Shown here piece after piece: positions 1 to 8,297 of a DNA stretch of 19,358 bases. Below the pieces are notes generated by a model, which was not told the DNA's origin, searched no databases, and saw only the letters and a program-made list of their open reading frames with translations. The stretch spans positions 1 through 19,358 of the forward strand of contig JAYGDX010000164.1 in assembly GCA_046582655.1 (NCBI GenBank), written 5' to 3'. A program made the translations under genes and the position numbers. How positions within the stretch are numbered: the stretch's first letter is position 1; each line of letters starts with the position of its first letter. The DNA comes from Candidatus Poribacteria bacterium. GTDB taxonomy: Bacteria > Poribacteria > WGA-4E > UBA9662.

Positions 1-659
1 GGGCCGGATGAGTGGGGAGTTAATTTATGTATGAATACGACATCGCCCCTTTTCATCGGTACAGTAACGGCTGTTTCGTTTGGTAGGCTATTGTCCCAGT
101 ATACTGTGCGATTTTTGTGTATGCGGGGCATGATTCGCAGACAGCCGTTTTCCTCCATGGTATTGCACAGAGGTAGCCACACCGTTAGGATAAAAGTTTG
201 ATCTGCTTCTTGGTGAAGGAATATAGCGTCTTGATGCCAAGAGACGATATTGGAACTTCGTCCCCGACCCAAGTCGGAAGGTAGCTTAGCCCGTATATGC
301 GTCATAGGACTGCAACTGATTTCCGGACCGATAACACTTTCTACTAGATCCAATAACCTTTGGTTACGCATAAAATTGAATGTCCCTTTTCCACGAACAT
401 GACCGACGTCTAGAAATTGATCTGATGCAAAGTAAGTGGCTTCATCTTCGTCACATATTCGGGCCAAACGCGTTTCAAATGGTTCATTTTCGTATAGGTG
501 GCTGATTCGACCTGCAGCAAGAAGGTCTCTGGCCAGTTTATCTATGATTTCCTCATAGTCCTGAATAACCTGCTCGATGTCAGTATCCTGAAGGGCTGAT
601 CTGATTACCACATATCCTTCTTGATTAAATCTTTTAAGTTGTTCCTGTGTTAAACTCAT
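1..659 (-). CDS. Phytanoyl-CoA dioxygenase (PhyH) family Fe(II)/2OG dioxygenase, 3' end outside window
   Basis: Not in the ORF track. Manual translation from ATG at 659 gives MSLTQEQLKRFNQEGYVVIRS...SWHQDAIF...LTVWLPL...ENGCLRIMP...MKRGDVVFIHKLTPHSSG, open to the window edge. It has the canonical HxD and distal His. Confidence 0.9.
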   Translation of the reverse strand, partial: MSLTQEQLKRFNQEGYVVIRSALQDTDIEQVIQDYEEIIDKLARDLLAAGRISHLYENEPFETRLARICDEDEATYFASDQFLDVGHVRGKGTFNFMRNQRLLDLVESVIGPEISCSPMTHIRAKLPSDLGRGRSSNIVSWHQDAIFLHQEADQTFILTVWLPLCNTMEENGCLRIMPRIHKNRTVYWDNSLPNETAVTVPMKRGDVVFIHKLTPHSSG

Positions 660-1004
660 ATTTGTATTAGTCTTTCCTGTTACTAACTAGGTTTGGAATT
701 TAGCTGATCAGCTTAACAGTATAAAATCAAATTTTGCCTTTAGCTTGTCGATTACATCTATCTGTCTTTCTGTCTGGTGACGAGACGCTACTAACCAGAT
801 ATCGTATTCTAGCACATTTGAAGATTAAGATTTAAAGCAATCAGTCAGGAAACGGGAGATCCTCTCTACTTAATTAGTTTGTTGGCAAAGAAAAGATTTC
901 TATGTGCATAAATTCAATCTGAATTGTGATATAGTTTTTAATCTGATGACATGCTAAAATGACAATTATTAAACAGGGAACGTTAATTTTGGAAGGAGCT
1001 CAAG

Positions 1005-2051
1005 GTGAAATTTAGAGTTGGTGTTATTGGTTGTGGTCGTATCGCTAGCACAATTGATGACGAATTACAGAAACCGCATCGTGGTGGAATTATCCTTCCT
1101 TTATGCCACGCTGGTGGTTATGCGCTGGTTGAGGAAACTGAGATTGTTGCTGCCTGCGATGTCGTAGAAGAAAAACTGGAAGTGTTTCAAAATCGGTGGA
1201 ACGTACCTAGAGGATATCATGATTTCCGTGAACTAATTGATAAAGAACAGCTCGATATTCTCAGCATCACCACACGTCCAGAACAACATGCCGAATCGCT
1301 AATTTATGGAGCAGAACGTGGTATAAAAGGGGTGTTTGTAGAGAAGCCGTTATGCTGTTCCTTAATGGAAGCGGATGCGATCCGAGATGCTTGCGAGCGT
1401 AATGGAGTCATGTTAGAGTTTGGACCGCCAAGACGAAACTGGGCGGTTTATCGGCAAGCCCATCAACTGGTAACTGAGGGTCAACTGGGAGCAATAAAAT
1501 CGGTCGTTGGTTTTTCGGGAAATAGTATCGGTGGACATTTTCTTGACACTTTACTTTACTTGTTAGGAGATCCAGAGTCCGTCGTCTCTGTTCGTGGTAC
1601 TTTGGCCGAGCTCCATCCTACTAAAGATGATAACTCAAACATGCGATTTGTACAAGATACGGCTATTAGGAGCGCCTTGATTGAATTTGGCAATGGAACG
1701 ACAATTTACGTGGCAGGTACGGGCATTGGCTATGACATCGAAGTGATTTGCCAAGGAGGTATCATTCGTGTTCAAAACGATGGAGAATCTCTGTTTATCC
1801 GTAAAAAAGATGGAGAAAATCGAGCGTATGATCCCATCGTAGTGAAGCCAGTTACTCCATGGAGTGGAACCGTGCTTAAAATCCGTGAATTGGTTGACTC
1901 AATTAAGACAGGTATCCCCGCCCCCAGTAATTTGCGGATTGCCCTGTTAAGTACGGAAATTGGTTTTGGCCTTTACGAATCGCATCTGCGTAGTGGACTC
2001 GCAGTTGAACCACCTGTTCCAAATCGCGAACGCTGGGTCTCAAGTTGGTAA
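1005..2051 (+). CDS. Gfo/Idh/MocA family NAD(P)-dependent oxidoreductase
   Basis: N-terminal VGVIGCGRIA Rossmann motif, VAACD, VFVEKPL motif; AAGGAG RBS just upstream of the GTG start. Confidence 0.9.
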   Translation: MKFRVGVIGCGRIASTIDDELQKPHRGGIILPLCHAGGYALVEETEIVAACDVVEEKLEVFQNRWNVPRGYHDFRELIDKEQLDILSITTRPEQHAESLIYGAERGIKGVFVEKPLCCSLMEADAIRDACERNGVMLEFGPPRRNWAVYRQAHQLVTEGQLGAIKSVVGFSGNSIGGHFLDTLLYLLGDPESVVSVRGTLAELHPTKDDNSNMRFVQDTAIRSALIEFGNGTTIYVAGTGIGYDIEVICQGGIIRVQNDGESLFIRKKDGENRAYDPIVVKPVTPWSGTVLKIRELVDSIKTGIPAPSNLRIALLSTEIGFGLYESHLRSGLAVEPPVPNRERWVSSW

Positions 2052-2268
2052 GTGTAATCTTCTCCTAGACTCTTGGAATGGAAAGGACTCCATACTACAA
2101 TCGGACGAATCATCCTGTTACACTTGAGAAGTTTGCGATGCCCAGCCATCTGCCGTAGGGAAACCACATGGTCTTCGTGTACAACGGTCTCAATGGTGTA
2201 ATCAACTGGCCAATTGATTCTCACCTCAACTGTTCATATAATTTCATGTCAAATTGGAGCCCTCAACT

Positions 2269-3177
2269 ATGCAATATAACCGACAAGATAGAACCTTTGA
2301 TTGTGATCCGGTTCTGGCCGACAGCCAGGTACTGGAATTCTGCCGCCAAGGTTACCTCCTGCTACAGGGCGTGGTATCGGACGAGATCAACCAGCGCACC
2401 TGCGATTATTTAGACGGCAAAATCGAAATAGATCCGTTTAAAATTCCCGATCATATGACACTTGTCAAACTAGAACGGATTCGAAGCACCCACGAACCGA
2501 GCAGTATTCTGTTGGAACAGTGGTTTCTTGATCAGGTAATTCTTAATCCGCAAGCGGCTGGGGCCATTCGCTCTATACTGGGAAAAAATGTGGGACTACC
2601 CGTCTTGATGAGCAACCACCGAGTGAACTGTCCTGCACCAGCACAAGGATGGCACCACGATGCAGACTCGATTTTTAGTCCAGAGACCAACTATTTACAG
2701 GTTTTTTACTATCCGCAAGATACGCCAGTGGAAATGGGGCCAACCGAAGTCCTCCCAGGATCACATCATCGTCCAACCTCACGGGAAATAGACTGGTGCC
2801 AAGGGGGCTTAACTGTTGCACCTGCTGGATCTATTTTTCTAACTTGTTATCCAATCTTGCATCGGAGAAGTGTCTCAATTGCCAACGGCCTTCGCCATCT
2901 ACTCAAGTATAATTATTGGCGAACCGTGGCCCCAGAAAGAGATTGGGTCAGAGATCCAACCTTTGATTTTCATCAAACTAACTATGGTGGGCATGGCGAG
3001 GCACGATATGTGGCACATCAGTTTTATTGGTTGTGTGGGAAGGGGGGGCAATTCCGAACCATTGGTGGACAGGCTTGGCCGTATTCTGGGTCAAGTCACA
3101 ATGCCATTGGCCCTAGTTATGGTTTCGGCCGTCAGATGGGGTATTTACCAGACTGGTCTAACCTGGGCACTTTTTAA
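2269..3177 (+). CDS. PhyH family Fe(II)/2OG dioxygenase (canonical HxD)
   Basis: FCRQGYLLL, QGWHHD, MGPTEVLPGSH, AGSIFL...ILHR. ATG 2269 is preferred over TTG 2254 because GGAG lies at 2256-2259. Confidence 0.85.
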   Translation: MQYNRQDRTFDCDPVLADSQVLEFCRQGYLLLQGVVSDEINQRTCDYLDGKIEIDPFKIPDHMTLVKLERIRSTHEPSSILLEQWFLDQVILNPQAAGAIRSILGKNVGLPVLMSNHRVNCPAPAQGWHHDADSIFSPETNYLQVFYYPQDTPVEMGPTEVLPGSHHRPTSREIDWCQGGLTVAPAGSIFLTCYPILHRRSVSIANGLRHLLKYNYWRTVAPERDWVRDPTFDFHQTNYGGHGEARYVAHQFYWLCGKGGQFRTIGGQAWPYSGSSHNAIGPSYGFGRQMGYLPDWSNLGTF

Positions 3178-3257
3178 GGGGCTAGAGACCTTTGGCGAGA
3201 GGTCATGCTTGCAATTGCAGTTCCCGAGGCAATGGCTAAGTCAGCCAGACGCGGCGA

Positions 3258-3492
3258 TTTGAATGGCTCGACATGACCTCACCCAGCTTAAATGATGAAG
3301 ACCGAATGCAGATTGCTCAGCTGGGAATTCGTATGCTACCCTCGCTCCAAGCCAAAAAACGTCGATGGTATTCTAAAATTAGCCAATATGGCGAAACTAA
3401 AACACCTGAGAATCCATGATTATCCGAATACGCTTTTGGAAACCGACATCGCCCGGACCCGTCAATCCATACCAAACGTAACCATCGAATTA
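3258..3492 (+). pseudogene. Probable frameshifted C-terminal remnant of a leucine-rich-repeat protein
   Basis: One frame reads FEWLDMTSPSLNDEDRMQIAQLGIRML and another reads VDGILKLANMAKLKHLRIHDYPNTLLETDIARTRQSIPNVTIE. Together they resemble LRR units plus the ...LP.v.I C-cap of PVC-type LRR proteins. Confidence 0.45.
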
Positions 3493-4311
3493 TTCCAGAT
3501 CTGTACCCATTTCAGTCAATAATTTATTGACGATTTGTTTCCGGTGTTGGAATCCTGCAACTTGTATTAGCTCACACACATCGTTGCTAAGCTTGTCTCT
3601 GTATTCCTCGATAGGTTGTACCTCTGGTGACCAAGAGGCGTAGGATGTGCTATAACGAACAAAGACTGTAAGTCGTGGTGTTTCAAGCGTCCACCGTCGT
3701 GCTCCGTGACACAGAGTTTCGGTAAACAAAACTACATCTCCCGCTTTGGGTGTAACATTAACGACGAACGGAGAGTTGCTATAAATATTTACATCTGGTG
3801 GTTTTGAAAAATGGGATTTGTGGCTACCAGGAACACAGACGAAACCAGACCCTATTGGCACATCAACCAATGAGACAGCGGCATTCAAAAAGGTAGCAAA
3901 AACCTTATTGTCTGCAACTTGATAATCGTTGGCTGGGTTCCTCCATCCTCCTGTGAATCCACCATGAAACCCTACGTCATCTGATTCTTTTGTATTTTGG
4001 GTTAAGGAAACTGCCAGCAATTTGGGGCAATTTCCTGTCAAGGCTAAGACACAACGCATAATTTCACAGTTGAGTGCCAGTCTTTGAAAGACGTCGTCAC
4101 CATAGTGCGCATTAACAATCGACCGAGGAAGGGTTGGATGATCAATTGGGTTACGATAAGATCGTAATGGTGGTGCCAGTTCACTATCTGGTAAGGTATG
4201 CCATCTGTTCGCCAATTCTACCATCCGTTGGACATCCTCTACGGGTATTGCTTGTTTGAGGATAATATATCCGAATAGGTCAAAGTGCCATTTCTCTTCT
4301 TCGGTCATCAT
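3490..4311 (-). CDS. PhyH family Fe(II)/2OG enzyme with HxG (FHGG) motif
   Basis: FDLFGYIILK, FHGG at the HxD position, VPGSHK, AGDVVLFTETLCHG, and a downstream Arg (TPRLTVF). Confidence 0.88.
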   Translation of the reverse strand: MMTEEEKWHFDLFGYIILKQAIPVEDVQRMVELANRWHTLPDSELAPPLRSYRNPIDHPTLPRSIVNAHYGDDVFQRLALNCEIMRCVLALTGNCPKLLAVSLTQNTKESDDVGFHGGFTGGWRNPANDYQVADNKVFATFLNAAVSLVDVPIGSGFVCVPGSHKSHFSKPPDVNIYSNSPFVVNVTPKAGDVVLFTETLCHGARRWTLETPRLTVFVRYSTSYASWSPEVQPIEEYRDKLSNDVCELIQVAGFQHRKQIVNKLLTEMGTDLE

Positions 4312-4349
4312 TTAAACTTCCCTGGTATCTGTAAAATTTCATATTTATG

Positions 4350-4377
4350 ATTATAGCATTGTATGTCATCAATACAA
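4350..4377 (-). promoter_or_regulatory. Sigma70-type promoter for the 4311 gene
   Basis: Minus strand TTGTAT (4372-4377) with a 16-bp spacer to TATAAT (4350-4355), preceded by TG (extended -10, TGcTATAAT). Confidence 0.55.
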
Positions 4378-4463
4378 GTTTGCATTTCCTCATAATTGTT
4401 ACTGCCAACTGTAAATGGAGTGTTGACGCCTCCAATTTTTAGCTTATTAAAACCTTTGGGATT

Positions 4464-4472
4464 TGATATAAT
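4464..4472 (+). promoter_or_regulatory. Extended -10 promoter for the 4562 gene
   Basis: TGaTATAAT at 4464-4472; AGGAGG RBS at 4551-4556 before ATG 4562. Confidence 0.5.
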
Positions 4473-4561
4473 GTAATTGATTAAAAGTTGATCTGTTAAA
4501 ATTTCAAAGGCTGAAACACTATTGTTTTCTAGATTTGTTCTAAGGATATTAGGAGGTAGGA

Positions 4562-6529
4562 ATGTCGGCTTCTAAACCCCGACTTATCGCCGAGGTTTTT
4601 GAACATCTCAATTTTGGAGGAAGACGGGGTTACGTCATTAAACCCATCAGTTTTACGGCTGATATTGGATTTCAGGATAACATTTCATCTATTAAAGTTT
4701 ACAAGGGCCCCGGTTTTACTGCCAGTCCCAATCAGAAAATGATTCTGTATGAACATTGGAATTTCCAGGGACAAAAATTAATTTTAGGACCGGGTTTTTA
4801 TCCTAACATCCATGATATGATCTACAATTTCAAGGATACTATTTCTTCTATCAGCTTTGGTTCACTTCTGAAAACGTCCGGACCTGAGTGGGGAACAGTA
4901 CCATTAATTGTGGAGTGTTACGAACACGCCGAATTCAGTGGTCGTAATATCACCGTTTTACGCGACGTACCACACACTGGTGCACTGGGGCTACACGATA
5001 GTATTTCTTCCGTTCGTATTATTAAGGGGCCTGACTTTCCTCCACAAGGAGCTGAGGTAACATTTTTCGAACATGTTGATTTTGAAGGATCCAAGCTGAC
5101 GATTCGCATGGATGCCAAGGATCATAAGAAAGAGATTCCCAATTTTCACTATCTGCCGCAGCAATTCAATGATGTGGTTTCCTCAATCAAAATAGAGGGG
5201 TGGTCGACTTCAGCCGAATTCACCGAAATGGTGTTTGAGGACGAGTTTATTGGGAATCGTATGCGCCCAGAATGGCGATGGGAAGACCCGGAAGGCGGTG
5301 GCCATTGGGCTGAACGTCAAGGGTACCTGGAAATGCGTGCTGAACCAGGACAGGACTTGTGGCATGGTGACCCTAATCAACCTGTGCCAAGAGACCATAA
5401 CTTGCCACCAGATGCGGTTGTTCTTCGTGCAGCTGGTGCCATTCAAATGGAGTCGGGGGTAACCATCATAGATAAAGATGGTGCCACCGGCAGAAAAGCA
5501 ATCGATAGCCAGAGAGGGGCGCGAGCTTTCCATAACGTCTATCTCCGTCGGCCAGGCAGATGGTACATCTGGATTCGAGGCTACTTTCCTGAACCATCAA
5601 AGGACTCATATTGGATCGGCATTGACAATGCCGATCCGCATCCTTGGGATCGGGAAGGTGGAACAGGTGCGATTAAAATCTTTGCAGAGGTTGGAGACTC
5701 TACTAAGCAAGGTGATGCCGTTTGGGGAACTTGGTATTGGGATTGCGGAGTTAAAAGTGCTTCTGTTCCGCAATCCTATTTTGAAATTAAGTCTCCAGGC
5801 ACATACCGTTTATGGTCAAAAGGGAGAGAATCGGGTTCAATCCTAGACCAAATTCTGCTGACGCAAGATCCAAACTTTAATCCGGAAAGTGTGTACCGTG
5901 GTGCCAACATTTCTATGCATTCGGCTATAGGATCTGGAGGAAACTTGGATGCGCCACGTTTGCTATTGCCAGTAGCAGGAGATTTTACCGCTGAATGTAG
6001 AATTCGTCTGTCAGTGGACATGAAGGAACATGGAGGCTTAATTGTCTGGAAGAATCCGCAGGCTTTTGTCAGACTGGAAAAGACGTCGGGATCACACGCT
6101 TTCCGTGGTGATATCCGATTTGAAAGACATGTTGATGGTGTGTTTTCACTGGTTGGTCGTGGACAAGGTGTTAATCAACGCATGTCGCAGCTAGGTCCAA
6201 TCCCAGTCCGATTCACTGAACTCTACTTAAGACTAGAAAGGAAAGGCCACCAATTTTCCGGGTATGTCAGCGATGATGGTGTCCGTTGGGTTGGTTGTGG
6301 CCATACCAACGTTGCTATGGGGGATCCGGTTGAGGTGGGGCTGCACGCCCTGTGTCCCGGCAATATCCCTCCCACGCTGACACGATTTGAGTACTTCCGT
6401 GTGTTCAAGCGGCAGGGCGAACTACTAGAACAACGTTTGCTATCGGGAAATGTCCAAGCCCTAACAGATCAGGACTTCAAAAAAAGACAACAAATGGAAA
6501 GAAACCGTGCTATTCGTGACCTGTATTGA
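4562..6529 (+). CDS. Beta/gamma-crystallin domain protein with CBM-like and ConA-like (DUF1349/beta-xylosidase C-terminal-like) domains
   Basis: Four [FY]EHxxFxG ... Dx[IV]SS[IV] Greek-key motifs; C-terminal APRLL..VAGDF, GLIVW, YLRLERKG..FSGYVSDDGVRW, VEVGL; strong RBS; no signal peptide. Confidence 0.8.
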   Translation: MSASKPRLIAEVFEHLNFGGRRGYVIKPISFTADIGFQDNISSIKVYKGPGFTASPNQKMILYEHWNFQGQKLILGPGFYPNIHDMIYNFKDTISSISFGSLLKTSGPEWGTVPLIVECYEHAEFSGRNITVLRDVPHTGALGLHDSISSVRIIKGPDFPPQGAEVTFFEHVDFEGSKLTIRMDAKDHKKEIPNFHYLPQQFNDVVSSIKIEGWSTSAEFTEMVFEDEFIGNRMRPEWRWEDPEGGGHWAERQGYLEMRAEPGQDLWHGDPNQPVPRDHNLPPDAVVLRAAGAIQMESGVTIIDKDGATGRKAIDSQRGARAFHNVYLRRPGRWYIWIRGYFPEPSKDSYWIGIDNADPHPWDREGGTGAIKIFAEVGDSTKQGDAVWGTWYWDCGVKSASVPQSYFEIKSPGTYRLWSKGRESGSILDQILLTQDPNFNPESVYRGANISMHSAIGSGGNLDAPRLLLPVAGDFTAECRIRLSVDMKEHGGLIVWKNPQAFVRLEKTSGSHAFRGDIRFERHVDGVFSLVGRGQGVNQRMSQLGPIPVRFTELYLRLERKGHQFSGYVSDDGVRWVGCGHTNVAMGDPVEVGLHALCPGNIPPTLTRFEYFRVFKRQGELLEQRLLSGNVQALTDQDFKKRQQMERNRAIRDLY

Positions 6530-6710
6530 TCAAGCTTTTGGTTTCACCAATTTCTCCTTTTTTGTTGATCTTCTCCATCTGTCGCTTCATTTTCTATATG
6601 AATGTCAATGAAGTAACAGTGGGGCAATTCAAGCAGTTTGTGGAGCAAGCATACTTATTAATTTGGAATATGTGAATATAGAGCAACACGTACTAGTATA
6701 GGTAAATAGT

Positions 6711-7481
6711 GTGCAAATCAAGAAGATACTGGTTACTGGAGCGGCAGGATATTTAGCTAGTTTTATCATTGATCGACTACATTTGAAGTATAAATTAACA
6801 CTCATTGATTTAGTTAAGCCTCCACCTGATTTTGAAAATCTGCCATTTGTGAAAGGTGACATCACATCCTATCATGATGTTGAGAAAGCTTGTGTCGGAC
6901 AGGATGCAGTTGTACATCTAGTGGCATTGGTGCGCCAACGTTTTGATAAACCATTAGGATTATTCGCAGATATAATGGTTAAAGGAACCTGGAATGTAGC
7001 TGAAGCTTGTGCCAAGCAAGGTGTTCAGCGTCTGGTTAATATCTCCAGCATATCCGCTTGTAATCCGCTTCCTGATAGTAAATTGCCATATTGTGTGGGA
7101 GATCCGTTCCAGTTTAAGCAGGGAGATTTGTACTACGCCTTAGCCAAGTACCTTGGTGAACAGATTGGAAACGCATATTATCAAGCGCATGGCCTTAGCA
7201 CTATCCATCTTCGTCCTGGAGTCATTGCTGGTGACGGACTAAACCCTGGTCCTGAAGCACCTACTGGAGCAGGCCAACCATGGTTTATCTACGTGGATCC
7301 ACGCGACATTGCTCAGGCGGTGGAACTTGCTATCGAAACACAAGACATCGACTGTGGTTGTTTTAATATCGTTTCAGGACGTCAAGATGCAAGCTATGAT
7401 TGGATTCAATCCAGACAGCAGCTAGGGTATAATCCTGAACACAATTGGCTTGAAATACCTGAATCGGGAACAAAATCGTGA
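6711..7481 (+). CDS. NAD-dependent epimerase/dehydratase family (extended SDR)
   Basis: ILVTGAAGYLA, GDI, DAVVHL, SS, YALAK (YxxxK), YVDPRDIAQA. Confidence 0.88.
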   Translation: MQIKKILVTGAAGYLASFIIDRLHLKYKLTLIDLVKPPPDFENLPFVKGDITSYHDVEKACVGQDAVVHLVALVRQRFDKPLGLFADIMVKGTWNVAEACAKQGVQRLVNISSISACNPLPDSKLPYCVGDPFQFKQGDLYYALAKYLGEQIGNAYYQAHGLSTIHLRPGVIAGDGLNPGPEAPTGAGQPWFIYVDPRDIAQAVELAIETQDIDCGCFNIVSGRQDASYDWIQSRQQLGYNPEHNWLEIPESGTKS

Positions 7482-8164
7482 GCTTAGAAGGGAAAACCGT
7501 TCTAGTAACGGGTGCTAGTCGTGGTTTAGGTAGAGCGACAGCAGAGGCGTTTCTGCTGTCGGGCGCACATGTGCTGGCATTGGGGCGAGAACTGACAGCA
7601 ATGAATGAAACCCGCATATCTTTGACCAAAATTGGCAGTAATTTTGAGATGGTTATAATGGATGTAAGGGATGAATCTACTGTCACCACCTACATTACGG
7701 CTTTAAGTGATCTGGATGTACTGGTCAACAACGCCGGAATTGCACGAAGTCGACCATTTGTTGAGACACCTACACAGGAATTGCGTGATATTCTGGAAGT
7801 CAATGTCGTTGGGGCATTTGTCGTCATGCGGGAGTCAGCACGGAAGATGCTTGAAACGGGTGGCGGGCACATCATCAATATTGCTTCCGATGCGGCAATT
7901 CGAGGAATTGCGGGTATGGCACCATACGCTGCGAGTAAGCATGCACTCTTGGGTTTAAACCGATCGGTTAGTCAAGAGCTACGTCAACGAGGAATACGGT
8001 TAACGACCTTCTGCCCTGGTCCAATAACAACAGACATTCTAGGAGTAGGTACAGCGAATTCAAAAGCGATGTCGCCAAAAGAGTTGGCAAAAACAATCAT
8101 CCATCTAGCTGAAGTTCCGCCAGAGATTGAAATACAAGAACTTCTGGCCCAACCAATGCCGTAA
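7478..8164 (+). CDS. Classical SDR family oxidoreductase
   Basis: VTGASRGLG, NNAG, NIAS, YAASK, CPG. The GTGA overlap with the upstream stop indicates translational coupling. Confidence 0.92.
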   Translation: MSLEGKTVLVTGASRGLGRATAEAFLLSGAHVLALGRELTAMNETRISLTKIGSNFEMVIMDVRDESTVTTYITALSDLDVLVNNAGIARSRPFVETPTQELRDILEVNVVGAFVVMRESARKMLETGGGHIINIASDAAIRGIAGMAPYAASKHALLGLNRSVSQELRQRGIRLTTFCPGPITTDILGVGTANSKAMSPKELAKTIIHLAEVPPEIEIQELLAQPMP

Positions 8165-8297
8165 TTGATGTAACACTGTACTAGTTAAAGCTAAAGAGAC
8201 GGTTCTACGCGGGTCGGTGAAAACTAACCCTGCCATCTGTCCAAGGGGTTTCTGGAAGCAATACTTTAACCTAAATATTATTCAGTGGAATTTATCT

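Noticed and set aside
1973..2413. Short ORFs 1973..2224(-) and 2168..2413(+), and coding-looking spacer 2052-2250
   Set aside because: They overlap real genes and no frame gave a recognisable motif. A relic is possible but unsupported.
6530..6600. Possible intrinsic terminator after the crystallin gene
   Set aside because: Only a weak short stem (TTGGT/ACCAA) and a separated T-run; not convincing.
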